DNA from: Reclinomonas americana ATCC 50394
Lineage: Eukaryota
NCBI GenBank assembly: GCA_048213135.1
Contig: PS015120.1
Span: 54,743 to 118,742 of the forward strand
Length of the DNA: 64,000 bases
Reading direction: 5' to 3'
The first letter of the stretch is position 1. The number at the start of each line of letters is the position of its first letter. Made by a program: the position numbers and the translations under genes. Of this stretch, positions 38,001 through 54,891 are shown piece by piece. The notes beneath the pieces are model-generated. The model worked only from the letters and a program-made list of their open reading frames with translations. It did not search any database and was not told the origin of the DNA.

Positions 38001-38813
38001 ACGCGCAGTTGCACGGCGGTGGTGAACGGATCGTTGCAAAGGAATGACACAGACACGGTGTTGCCGGCGACCACGGTAGACTTGTTCGGCGTTCGCACAT
38101 CTCGGATGTACGTGGCCAGTGTGGGCACCGTGGCCGACGCACTGGCCAGCGGCACGTCGTAATCATGCACCGTGACCACCGTGGTGGTGTCTTGCGGCAC
38201 GTTGAGCGTGACGGTCCACGTCAACGAGTACTGCTGACCAAAGTTGCACGTGGCCGGCGACACGAGACCCGCTTGCAACGCCCCGACTTGCGGTGTGTCC
38301 TGAATGGCTGTCACTTGCGCAGTCTGTGTACACACACATGCGGCGGTCAGTGCACACATTGTTGAGCGAGACAGCCACTTACACAAGACGAACCTGCACT
38401 TGCGTGTTACCCTGGCAGTACCACGTGACGGTGACTGGTCGACCGGCCACAGCATTCGGCGGCGTGACTGCCACATTGGCAAACGTGTTGCGAATCGTGA
38501 TCACGGACAGCAGAGTGTCGGTGCCCACCGCGGCAGCCAGCAGCGCATCGCGTATTCGCACATTGCCGGCCCCAAGCAGCAACGACGACGGAGCCAACCA
38601 CTTGACACTCATCAGCGTCGACGCGTCACACGTCACCGGCACCGAGGTCGCAATGGCAGCGAGAACAGTCGTCCCATCGCTGGCGACCACATCCAGCGTC
38701 GCCGCTGTGGTCGGAGGATACGAGCAGGACCACTGAATGCGATAGGTGTAGTTCGGAAACAGCTGCGTGATTGCCGGATTCAACACAAACTCGGCGGCTG
38801 CATACGGAATACA

Positions 38814-38846
<33 letters not shown>

Positions 38847-41800
38847 TCATCGTTACGACCGCACACAGGGGGTGCTCACCGACGACATCAAACGAAATGG
38901 ATGAGCCGCTCACTGACGGCGCATCCCAATCGTACACCAGCATACTGTAACCGGAGCCGACTGGGGCCGAGGCAGCGGTTACACCAGTCCACGAGAACGA
39001 TGCAGAGTTGGCGAGGCCAACTCCATTATTGCTGCCGCACGTCACAGGCGTCACCATTTGCGGTGGTCCAATCAGCGTGGCGCCACGCTGCAACTGCAAA
39101 CCCGCACGTGTTGTTTGGAAGTCGTTGCAGCGGAAACTCAACGACTGGGAGCGCGCAAAGTAAATCCGCGACGGCAACAAATAGTTGACCACCACCGCTG
39201 TCACCGCTCGCGCTGCAGTGGCGGCACAGGGATAGTAGTGAGTGCTTATTACTCACACGCGCGCGACAAACGGTGCGCGCGTACCATTGACTGTGAACGG
39301 GGCAGTGTCGGCAGTGAGCCACGTCTGCGCAACGTCTGTCACACGAATGAGGAGATTGATGCCGACAACCGAGTTGGCCACCGTCCACGAGTATGTGTTC
39401 GAGGTGCCAGCCAGCGACGTGCAGGTGACGGGATAGGCGGCGTTGAGCACGGTCTCGGTGGCGCCGTTGATCAACGAAACGCGGACCTGATTCATCGACG
39501 GTGAGTCACCTCAAACTCCACGTGATGCACGACGCGGACGCAACATTATAGGTGAACTCGTTGTTGCATACAATGGTCACAGGTACCACGACACCACTGC
39601 CCGACACGATACCGGTTGGGTCCGGCGGCGTGATGGATGCCGTAAGCAACGACACTGTGTGCGTACAGAAGAATTCAGGCAAACCCGGCGGCGATTTGAC
39701 TCTCACTGACTGTCAAACGAGCTCACCGACAACAGGCAGCGACGAGGAGAGACGCGAGGCGCCGACGTTCGACGGATCGCTCGCTTGTAGGGTGACGGAG
39801 CCGGCCGCTCGCCCAGGAGAGGGAATCCACGCAAATTGCTGTTGGCCCGTACACAAGAAGCCGGCCGAGGTGGTGCCGACGGCCTCCGGCGAGGAGACGA
39901 GCGGCGTCCAATTCGACGACAACGAAACGGCCGCAACCAGTGGATTACCGTTGCAGCTGACGCTGACCACATACGTCGAACCGGTGAAGACATTGGTGAT
40001 GGCGGTCAACGAGACCGGGCGCAGCACTTGCGGCACGGGAGAGAATGTGTCGCGAATAGTGATAGTGCGCGTCAGCGTGCTCGTCACGGGTGTGCCAGTC
40101 GCATCCTGAATGCCGAGAGTGTACGAGCCCAGAAGCGAAGAGCTGACCGCCGACCACGTGATGTTGTTGGTGACGACGCCATTGCAGGCCACAGTGCCGC
40201 CACCGACAGTGCCCGCCGCACCACCGTTGAGGACGATGCTGACTTGCGTGGTCAGTGGATAGTTGCACGAGAAGCTAAAGGTGTACGAGTAGTCCTGGAA
40301 GAACACTGCGTTGTTGGCCAGCGTCGCCGAGCTGGCCGTAAAGATGGGGTCTGCACGCTCGGATCTACCTTTAGCAAGAAGCGAAAAACACACGACAGCG
40401 GGTAGGCACCACTCACCGTCAAAGAAACGACCGCTCGACTGCACGCGCACAGAGGTGAGGCCTTGCAGCTGCACTTGGAATGAGTACCCGCCACCGACGG
40501 CATACACCGCCGGGTCGAGGTACTGCGAAAGAACATTCAGCAGGCCGGTGCCGCCATTGTAGCCACATGTCACCGGCAGCGTGACGCTGCTGATGGTGCC
40601 GGAACGCAGCACGTTGACAATCACGGCCGTTGTTAGCGGACAGTTGCACGTGACGTTTAGGGTTTGCGATGTGCGCAGGTACGAAGTGAGTGGTGTCACC
40701 GACGGCAGCTGCAGTTGCACATAGGCGGCTGTGTCGTCGACGGGTGGGGAACGGGAGGGAAACGGGAGGGAAACGCATTCAGCCATTCCCGTCACAAGAA
40801 CTGCACAAAGGGAAAAAGATACGGCACGCACGTTCGGCAATCACTGGTGCCGTGTTCGAGTAGGCCGGATTCGAAGTGTCTTGCGCGAGGAGCACGAGGG
40901 TGGTTCCCGAGAGTGTGCTTGGCACGGCCCACGTGTAATTGGTGGTGACGGCACAGTCCACAGCGAGCGAAGCAACAATCGAGAGCGACGGTGCCGGCGT
41001 GTTGCCGCCCGTCATGGACAGCGACACGGCGGTGGTGAATGGATTGTTGCACGACACAGAAATCACTGCGGTGACGCCACATCCACCGGTGACAATCTGC
41101 GAAGGCGAAATCGAGACGCCGAGTGCGGTCGCTGCGAGGAAAAAAATAGGGGCGTGAGTGGCGGTAAAAAGCAATGGAGGGTTGGTTGGAGAGTATCGTA
41201 CCAGCGACGGGGTAGGTGGAGGTAGAACGTTGTGTGACAGCCACATTGCTGCCGTCTTCGACAAACACAGTGACGTCGCCCACGGGGTGCGCCACACTCG
41301 GAGACCAGCTGATTGACAAGAGCCCGGCCACACAAGGGCCGGTGGTGGTCTGCATGCATCACACAAGATAGTTGGTTTTTGGCCCCACAATGAGCAGAAA
41401 CGGGACAGTGGATGCGAGCAGCAGACCTGAATGGACTCAGCGGTTGGAGCTGTCGACCACACAGCGCGCACCTGTGCGGTCACACACACATCAGCGAGGA
41501 CGAAGAGTGCCGCGTGATCATAGAAGCCTCGAGAGAAATTCACGCAACCACAACAGTGGACACGAGGGGATTGCCACCGCACGGAACACGGATGACGTAG
41601 TAGGTTCCCGCGTACAGAGTTCCGACCACGGGAGTGGTTGGCGCTCCAGTGGTCGCAATGTACGGTGTTCCAAAGGTCTCTGCACATCGCCACCACGACG
41701 ACAGTAAGTACCGCGATTGCACAACAACAACAACAGCAAGAACAGCACGTGAGAAAGTGGACGTGCTTACCGGCTACGGTCACTGGATTGCGCGACAGCG

Positions 41801-44800
41801 ACCATGTGAACGTGGCGTCGTTGATCAACAGCGTGTACGCCGATCCAAGCGGAGCCGTGGGCGACACCGGCATCACCACCGTGTTGGCCGCGAGGCCATC
41901 GCAAGAAGGCATCTGGCTGATGGAGAGGAGCGTGGTCGGCGTAGTGTCGGAGACGGTAATGTCGAACGTGTCACCCGCCGGCAAATTGCACGAGTAGGAG
42001 AGCAGCGGACTGAAAGTGTAGCCCGGGAACAGCGTAGTGGGCGGGCTGATCACAAACTGGATGGACGGGTCGACCAGGTTGAACAGCGAGCTCTGACCAA
42101 CAAGAGTGGCGTCCGCGTTGTCCGTGACTCGCACGCGCACATTCGAGGCCGTCGTTGGTGCCGTGCTCGATGCCCACACGTAGTTGACCGTGGAGACGGC
42201 CGAGTCGCAGGTCACTGCTTGTGCAGCAGTGATGGTGAACAGCACGGTGGATCCGCTGACGACCTCGAGCTTGACGCTGGTGGTGCGCAGCGAGTTGCAC
42301 TGGATCTGCAGCGTGTACTGCCGAAGCGCGGTGCGATACACCAGGCCACCGGTCGCCACCGTTCCCTCACGCAGTGCCACATTCGAAATGATGGCGGCAA
42401 TGGTGAGAACACGTGCCTGAATGGTGAACAGCGAACTGGTATCGTCAGTGGTGCCGGCTGGGTTGTCGATCACTTCGACAGAGTAGCCGGTGCCGACCAA
42501 CGCCTTGTCAATCTGGAAGGTGAGGTTGACGGTGGTGGCAGCCGGACCGCACGACACCGCCGTGTTGGTCAGCACTTGCGAGTACGGGCTGATGGACGGA
42601 CCGAGCAGGCGCACATTGGCAAACTGCACTTGCGGGTTGAGGCACACAAAGGACACTTGCACAAAGTTGTCGGCCACCACATTCGCCGCTGTGCCGACTG
42701 GCGTCACTGTCAGACTCGAGAAGGTAGACAGAGCCACGGTGAAGGACGGAGAGTTCGCCAGGATCGCAGTCAGCGGCGTGGGCAGCGTTAGGCTGAGACT
42801 TGTGGGCACGGCCGAGACCATGGCCGTCGTCGGCACAAACGTGTACAGTCCCACACTCAGCCAGTCGCACGAGCTCGACACGCTGCCGTTCACCACCGTG
42901 CCACTCAGCAGCACAACGCGCACGCCCGTCGGATCCGGTCCCGGTGAGATACACTGGTATGTCACATCGTACGAGTAGCCACGGAACAGCACTGCTCCAC
43001 TGGTGATGAGACCGGTACTGACCAGGCTCATGCGCAACACAGGGAAGCTGATGACTGGCCAGTACGAGTCGGTGGCATCAAAGCGCACGCAAATCGTGTC
43101 GCGGGCCGCCGGCGTCGCCGAGGCGGCTACTGTCACCGCCAGTGCGGTGAGTGAGGCACTGGTGGCAGTGAGGGTCGAGCTTGCGGCGGCGACAGTGCAT
43201 GCCGAGGTGGTGGCGAGGCGTGTGGCGTTGGGCATCACCCAGCCGGTGCCTGGAATGCTGACCGACGTGCTACCGGCACCAAATGCAATGTACGCCGGCA
43301 CGGCCGGCGCCGATGGCTGCACAATGGCAAACGCTCCGAGGTCGATGCGGGGCGCTGTTGCTGCGAATCGCACACACACACGCAGATTGGAGGCCGGAAT
43401 GGCGGCTGCCGAGTCCACGGTGGCCGACGCCGTTGTCGATGTTCCTGAAGTCCACGTCACCGTCGCATACGTGGTGACCAGCGAACAATTCGTTGTCAGC
43501 AGCGCAGCATTCGTTGTCGTGGCCAGCAAGCCGGCCCCGGTGAAGGAGACCGTGCGCGTACCCGTGTTGATGAGGATGGCGGGCGGCGAGATGGCCGTGA
43601 TGCGAACTGCGAAGAAAACAACACGTCAACAACAACAAAGCAGTACTTACCCATCGCCTGTGCGGCAGCCTCGCCGACGCAACTCAATGCCAGTGCAAAC
43701 AAGGACGTGTAGCTTGTTCCAGAGCTGTGACGAATACACAGCGTGTACGTGGTGTTGTTGCCGGAGGCACCACTCGTGGCGGTGACAGTGAGACTGAGCG
43801 ACAAGGTGCTGACAAAGGCCGTGCTAACGGTGACGCCAGTGACCGCGGTACCACAACCGTTGGTGGTGGCGAGGATCACAGCGGAGCCATCCAACGAGAC
43901 GTCCACAAATCCGGCGCCAGTGACCACCACTGTCTGAGTTGCACCGGCCGACACCGCCGGCGTGGACACAGCAGTGGCCGTGGCCACGCTGAAGGCAATG
44001 GCCGTGGTCCACACGCTGGTGGCACTGTACTGGGCACACAAAGAGTATGAACCGGCGGCGGCACCGGCGGCTGAAATCGACAACGTGTACTGCGTGGAAC
44101 TGTTGAACGTCGCGCTGTTCACGGTTGTCGACGCCACCGGCGCCGCCGTTCCACCGTCACAAATCAGCGACGAGACCACAAAGGTCGTCCCCGTAATGTT
44201 GCCGCCACCGGTGAGCACGACGGTGCGGTTGACTGCGGCGGGGATGGCCGGTGGTGTGGCCACAGTGTATCGCGCCAAGCTGTGACAAATGGGGGAATGA
44301 GGTTGGATATTCTTGGCGACAAACAAAGAATATCGCACGCGCACCTAAAGGAGAGCGACGTCGAATAGGATGTGGTGGCCGATTGGCGCACGCACAGCAA
44401 ATAGTTGCCGGCCGTCGCTCCGCTTGCGCCCACCGTCAAGTTCAACGTGTTACCCACTTGAACCAGCGTCACGGTGGTGCTGGAGACTGTGACCAAGGGG
44501 GAGCAGGTGGTGGCCACCACAACAGCAGCGGCATCGAGAGAGGCGGCAAAACCGCTGCCCGTGAGCGTCACACTGCGCCCAGCCAGCAGCGGAATCGCAG
44601 GCGGATCGACGGTGAGCAACGAGACAAGACCCAGTTGCAGGGTGGCCACGTACGCCGACGACGACGAAGGGCGGATGCAGAGCGTGTAGGTGCCACTTGC
44701 CGGCGCCGTGTTTGGCACACTGATGGACAAGGTCGTCGAGGTCACCGACGACGTCGACACCGCGGTACGCGGTGCGCTACACGCCGACGAGCTGCAGAGA

Positions 44801-47067
44801 ACGAGGGCCTGCGCGTCGCCAGACACCAGATCCAGCAGGCCCGCGCCGTTCAGCGTGGTCGACTGTGGCAACGACGCAAAGGGGACGGCAGGCGGGCTGA
44901 GCGACAACGTCTGGTACACGTTGACGGTGCCGACCAAGAAATAAGCCGCCGACGACGCGTATCGCGCACACAGACGATAGGAACCACCGGCGATGGCGGA
45001 GGCGTCCACGTTGATGTTGATGGTGGTGGAGCTGCCGAATGCAGCAACAATGGCCGTCGACGCTCCACTGGCAATGGTCGGCGAAAAGGCATTAGGTGAC
45101 GCGCAGCCGGCCGAGGTGGCCAGAATAAATCCTGCCGAGTCGGCCGTGTTGTCAATGAGGCCAGTACCGGAGACGACCACTTGTCCAACGGCTCCGGCAA
45201 TCACTGTCGATGGCGTAATGGATGAAAACTGCAGGAAAAAGAGCGGACCGGCCAGAGCGTACGCTGATGACGCGTTGCGACGGAAGCAGACGTAGTAGGA
45301 ACCAGCAGCCACGGCTGCGGTTGTGGCACTCAGTTGCACGTTGGTGGAGTCGACAAAGGTCGGCGTGAAGGTGACGACTGGGGTGGAGGCGTTGGAGCAC
45401 GTCGACGACGTGGCAAGCACGTACGCGGCAGCGTCAGCTCCTGGCGGCTGAAGCGAACAACCGTACACATTGACTTGCTGCGCAGAGGCGGAGGGGCGAA
45501 GAGCAACCGGTGCCACAAAGTAGGCGTAGACTGCGTGCGGAACGAGAGGCGACAGTGAGCTGCTGGAACAAACACACACACAAAAAACAGGTGAACGCAC
45601 TGCCAGAGCCGACGATACGGAGACGCGAGTTGAACGAATCCGACACCACCACCCACGGACTCGCGATGGAGCGGTGAATGGCACTCGACTGCGGCTGGTT
45701 GAAGGCCGCGTAAGCACCTGAATGAAGGAAAGCAGCGGGTGAGACTGAGGCGAAAAAAACTACCGCTGACCACGCGGCACGCACCAGAACCATCCTGGAA
45801 CGACTGCGTACCGCTGCCGGCATAGACACCAACAGCACCCGACGCATCAATCTGTCGAATGCGCGAGTTCGACACACTGCACGTATGCATACATGGTAAG
45901 AGGGCGAGAGGTGTAATGGCAACGGTGCGTGGACCACCCGACGCAACTCGGCGACCAGAGTGCCAATCAGTGCATTCACAAACAATATTCCGTGAGGCTG
46001 GCGATACTGCGCCACCGCAGCGGCACCATTAACGAAGCCTGCAGCATGTGTGCGTGCGTCATGAGCGCAATGATGGCGTGACGTGGTGTGCACGCGAGTG
46101 ATCTACATCACCTGAGGTTCCAGAACCGCTCCAATCGGTGACTGCATTGCCGGTGAGATCCAGCTGGCGAATGAGGTTGTTGTTCGAGTCGGCGACCAGC
46201 AAGAATTGGGCGCTCGACACTGCGCACAGTGCAATTAAGTGAGCGACCGCCCCCTCTCAGCTCTCTCCCAACTTCGCCCGCAACACACCAAACACTGCCA
46301 CTGGCGTGTTGAATGTGGAGGCCAACAGCGTGCCGTTTGTACGACCAGTGGTGCCTGGCGTGCCGGCCAGCAGGGTCACAGCGCCAGTGCTCGTATTCAC
46401 CGAACGGATAACGTGCGTCGTACCGGCATCGGGCACATACAGAACCTATGCACAGCGCACACAATCAATGACCAGACGTGACACAGTCGCAATCGCACAA
46501 CAGTGACGACGCAACAGTGGCGGCCGAGTTGAGGGCAAGCAGGCCGGGCGAGGAGAACTTCGCTGCAGCGCCAGTGCCATTGGCGTAACCAGAAGTGGAA
46601 CCAGCCAGCGTGGAGACCAGCAAGGTGTTGAGGTTGAGAACGCGAATGCGCACATTCTGCTGCTCACTAATGTACAGTTTGTTGGCGGCCGTGTCCAGCG
46701 CCAGACCGAACGGCTGTGCAAATTGCGCACTGCGCGCAGTTGCATCCAAGTAGCCACCGACGCCCGTGCCAGCCACCGTCCACACATCGCCGGCCGTGGT
46801 CACTCGCCGAATAACGGCAGCGTCCTGACGTAGGGTCACTTACGTCACAGAACTTCAAAAAGCACACACACACACTTGAAGAGCGACACACCTTGTCGGC
46901 AAAGTAAATGTCACCGGTCGAGGGGTTGGCGACGGCAGCCGCCGGCAGCTGCATGCGTGCAGTGGTGTAGAAACCGTCGACGTAACCGAGGGCGCCACTG
47001 CCGGCAAAGGTGCACACGGAGATGATGGAGGCCTCAAACGTGCCCATGCTCATGTAGGGTGTGTCAG
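29725..47067 (-). CDS. Giant type-I membrane protein, C-terminal part: NHL repeats, many Cys-containing Ig-like repeats, TM helix, Pro-rich tail; exact 3' end uncertain
   Basis: NHL motifs (F..P.G.A...LYVAD..N.RIR) at about 45.6-47.05 kb. About 110-aa Ser/Thr/Val-rich repeats with Y-x-L-C-x-R (about 43-45.5 kb) and W/F-x-C-N-x-P-x-T-T-x-V...W...V-x-D...S-x-x-F (about 30.5-43 kb). TM segment ALIGLIVGLCALAALVAALIACILI followed by R7 near 30.3 kb. Confidence 0.8.
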
Positions 47068-47671
47068 NNNNNNNNNNNNNNNNNNNNNNNNNNNNNNNNN
47101 NNNNNNNNNNNNNNNNNNNNNNNNNNNNNNNNNNNNNNNNNNNNNNNNNNNNNNNNNNNNNNNNNNNNNNNNNNNNNNNNNNNNNNNNNNNNNNNNNNNN
47201 NNNNNNNNNNNNNNNNNNNNNNNNNNNNNNNNNNNNNNNNNNNNNNNNNNNNNNNNNNNNNNNNNNNNNNNNNNNNNNNNNNNNNNNNNNNNNNNNNNNN
47301 NNNNNNNNNNNNNNNNNNNNNNNNNNNNNNNNNNNNNNNNNNNNNNNNNNNNNNNNNNNNNNNNNNNNNNNNNNNNNNNNNNNNNNNNNNNNNNNNNNNN
47401 NNNNNNNNNNNNNNNNNNNNNNNNNNNNNNNNNNNNNNNNNNNNNNNNNNNNNNNNNNNNNNNNNNNNNNNNNNNNNNNNNNNNNNNNNNNNNNNNNNNN
47501 NNNNNNNNNNNNNNNNNNNNNNNNNNNNNNNNNNNNNNNNNNNNNNNNNNNNNNNNNNNNNNNNNNNNNNNNNNNNNNNNNNNNNNNNNNNNNNNNNNNN
47601 NNNNNNNNNNNNNNNNNNNNNNNNNNNNNNNNNNNNNNNNNNNNNNNNNNNNNNNNNNNNNNNNNNNNNNN

Positions 47672-48405
47672 TCCGCGTCATTAGCATGTTGCGTCTGGCT
47701 GTGCGCCAAACATGTGGGGGAAAGAGAAGGGTCCGTGTGAACTCACTGTGATTGTGCGCAGTGGGTACGACATTTCCTTTGCTGATCCGCGCTCCATTCC
47801 CGTCAACACCTCCAACAATGCACTGTCGGTGGCCGGTTGCAACTTGAAAGACCTGACGGGCGATGCGTCAGCGTTCGTGGTCTCCTCGACCTCGTGTCGC
47901 TCAGCGACAGCGGTAGCGGGCGTGACAGTAACTATGACCGGCGTGCCGGATGTAACGCGCACGCAAGCCGCGCTGACTGCATCGGCAGCGGCCGGTACTG
48001 CTGGCGTGTATCGTCTCTGTGTGCGCTGGTCACCGCTGGTCAATTACCAGGATGCCGGACCGTTCTTTGTCGTGACGTCCGCGGTCAGTCCGGCTCTGGT
48101 GGTGGCCACTCAGAGTACGGTGCTGACGATGACTGGCAACGGATTCTACGACGTCACCTCGGATAGTTCGGCATTTTTCATCGCCAGTGGTCAGTAGTCG
48201 TCGACGTGGTGCTGCTGTTGTTTTTTGCGTGGACTCACGCGGTTGAGCTGCGCAGACTGCACCTTCCCCACCACACTGGATCCGACCAAGTTGAGCAATG
48301 TCAGCTACATTGCCATTACGTTTTCATCGGCCACCAAGATCACCATGACGGCTGATTTGTCGCTCGTGGTGGCCGGCGTGTACAACATTTGTGGACGCTG
48401 GTCCT
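47672..48405 (+). CDS. Internal segment of the same giant protein, on an inverted contig
   Basis: Same repeat type (GVYRLCVRWS). It joins without a gap to 49145(-) (ADDNR|IRVIS) and to 47067(-) (CGRWS|SDTPY). Confidence 0.85.
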
Positions 48406-49144
48406 NNNNNNNNNNNNNNNNNNNNNNNNNNNNNNNNNNNNNNNNNNNNNNNNNNNNNNNNNNNNNNNNNNNNNNNNNNNNNNNNNNNNNNNNNNNNNNN
48501 NNNNNNNNNNNNNNNNNNNNNNNNNNNNNNNNNNNNNNNNNNNNNNNNNNNNNNNNNNNNNNNNNNNNNNNNNNNNNNNNNNNNNNNNNNNNNNNNNNNN
48601 NNNNNNNNNNNNNNNNNNNNNNNNNNNNNNNNNNNNNNNNNNNNNNNNNNNNNNNNNNNNNNNNNNNNNNNNNNNNNNNNNNNNNNNNNNNNNNNNNNNN
48701 NNNNNNNNNNNNNNNNNNNNNNNNNNNNNNNNNNNNNNNNNNNNNNNNNNNNNNNNNNNNNNNNNNNNNNNNNNNNNNNNNNNNNNNNNNNNNNNNNNNN
48801 NNNNNNNNNNNNNNNNNNNNNNNNNNNNNNNNNNNNNNNNNNNNNNNNNNNNNNNNNNNNNNNNNNNNNNNNNNNNNNNNNNNNNNNNNNNNNNNNNNNN
48901 NNNNNNNNNNNNNNNNNNNNNNNNNNNNNNNNNNNNNNNNNNNNNNNNNNNNNNNNNNNNNNNNNNNNNNNNNNNNNNNNNNNNNNNNNNNNNNNNNNNN
49001 NNNNNNNNNNNNNNNNNNNNNNNNNNNNNNNNNNNNNNNNNNNNNNNNNNNNNNNNNNNNNNNNNNNNNNNNNNNNNNNNNNNNNNNNNNNNNNNNNNNN
49101 NNNNNNNNNNNNNNNNNNNNNNNNNNNNNNNNNNNNNNNNNNNN

Positions 49145-53218
<4,074 letters not shown>

Positions 53219-53678
53219 NNNNNNNNNNNNNNNNNNNNNNNNNNNNNNNNNNNNNNNNNNNNNNNNNNNNNNNNNNNNNNNNNNNNNNNNNNNNNNNNNN
53301 NNNNNNNNNNNNNNNNNNNNNNNNNNNNNNNNNNNNNNNNNNNNNNNNNNNNNNNNNNNNNNNNNNNNNNNNNNNNNNNNNNNNNNNNNNNNNNNNNNNN
53401 NNNNNNNNNNNNNNNNNNNNNNNNNNNNNNNNNNNNNNNNNNNNNNNNNNNNNNNNNNNNNNNNNNNNNNNNNNNNNNNNNNNNNNNNNNNNNNNNNNNN
53501 NNNNNNNNNNNNNNNNNNNNNNNNNNNNNNNNNNNNNNNNNNNNNNNNNNNNNNNNNNNNNNNNNNNNNNNNNNNNNNNNNNNNNNNNNNNNNNNNNNNN
53601 NNNNNNNNNNNNNNNNNNNNNNNNNNNNNNNNNNNNNNNNNNNNNNNNNNNNNNNNNNNNNNNNNNNNNNNNNNNNNN

Positions 53679-53960
53679 CGGTATTGGAGGGGGAAGAGCA
53701 GGCCGTGGACGAGAGCCGGATTGGACCACCGTCGGCAGAGAGGTTGGTGAGTGTGCATCCAATCAGCTGCACAGTCTGACCGCTCTTGACAGGCACGGCC
53801 GCCGGACGCACGTAGTGTACGTGCCCTGGGGTGAGAATCGTGAGGCACAGCGGCAATGTGAGGTGAGGCACATGACTACTTTTAGGCACCTCGATCGGAA
53901 GCAATCACCAGACTGTTCAGGGTCTGCGACAGGCGGGATTGAGAAAGTGTGTGTGAGAGA
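53679..53960 (-). CDS. Giant protein, short internal exons between gaps
   Basis: PGHVHYVRPAAVPVKSGQTVQLIGCTLTNLSADGGPIRLSSTAC matches the repeat start seen near 51.1 kb. Confidence 0.65.
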
Positions 53961-54891
53961 GTGAGAGNNNNNNNNNNNNNNNNNNNNNNNNNNNNNNNNN
54001 NNNNNNNNNNNNNNNNNNNNNNNNNNNNNNNNNNNNNNNNNNNNNNNNNNNNNNNNNNNNNNNNNNNNNNNNNNNNNNNNNNNNNNNNNNNNNNNNNNNN
54101 NNNNNNNNNNNNNNNNNNNNNNNNNNNNNNNNNNNNNNNNNNNNNNNNNNNNNNNNNNNNNNNNNNNNNNNNNNNNNNNNNNNNNNNNNNNNNNNNNNNN
54201 NNNNNNNNNNNNNNNNNNNNNNNNNNNNNNNNNNNNNNNNNNNNNNNNNNNNNNNNNNNNNNNNNNNNNNNNNNNNNNNNNNNNNNNNNNNNNNNNNNNN
54301 NNNNNNNNNNNNNNNNNNNNNNNNNNNNNNNNNNNNNNNNNNNNNNNNNNNNNNNNNNNNNNNNNNNNNNNNNNNNNNNNNNNNNNNNNNNNNNNNNNNN
54401 NNNNNNNNNNNNNNNNNNNNNNNNNNNNNNNNNNNNNNNNNNNNNNNNNNNNNNNNNNNNNNNNNNNNNNNNNNNNNNNNNNNNNNNNNNNNNNNNNNNN
54501 NNNNNNNNNNNNNNNNNNNNNNNNNNNNNNNNNNNNNNNNNNNNNNNNNNNNNNNNNNNNNNNNNNNNNNNNNNNNNNNNNNNNNNNNNNNNNNNNNNNN
54601 NNNNNNNNNNNNNNNNNNNNNNNNNNNNNNNNNNNNNNNNNNNNNNNNNNNNNNNNNNNNNNNNNNNNNNNNNNNNNNNNNNNNNNNNNNNNNNNNNNNN
54701 NNNNNNNNNNNNNNNNNNNNNNNNNNNNNNNNNNNNNNNNNNNNNNNNNNNNNNNNNNNNNNNNNNNNNNNNNNNNNNNNNNNNNNNNNNNNNNNNNNNN
54801 NNNNNNNNNNNNNNNNNNNNNNNNNNNNNNNNNNNNNNNNNNNNNNNNNNNNNNNNNNNNNNNNNNNNNNNNNNNNNNNNNNNNNNNNNNN

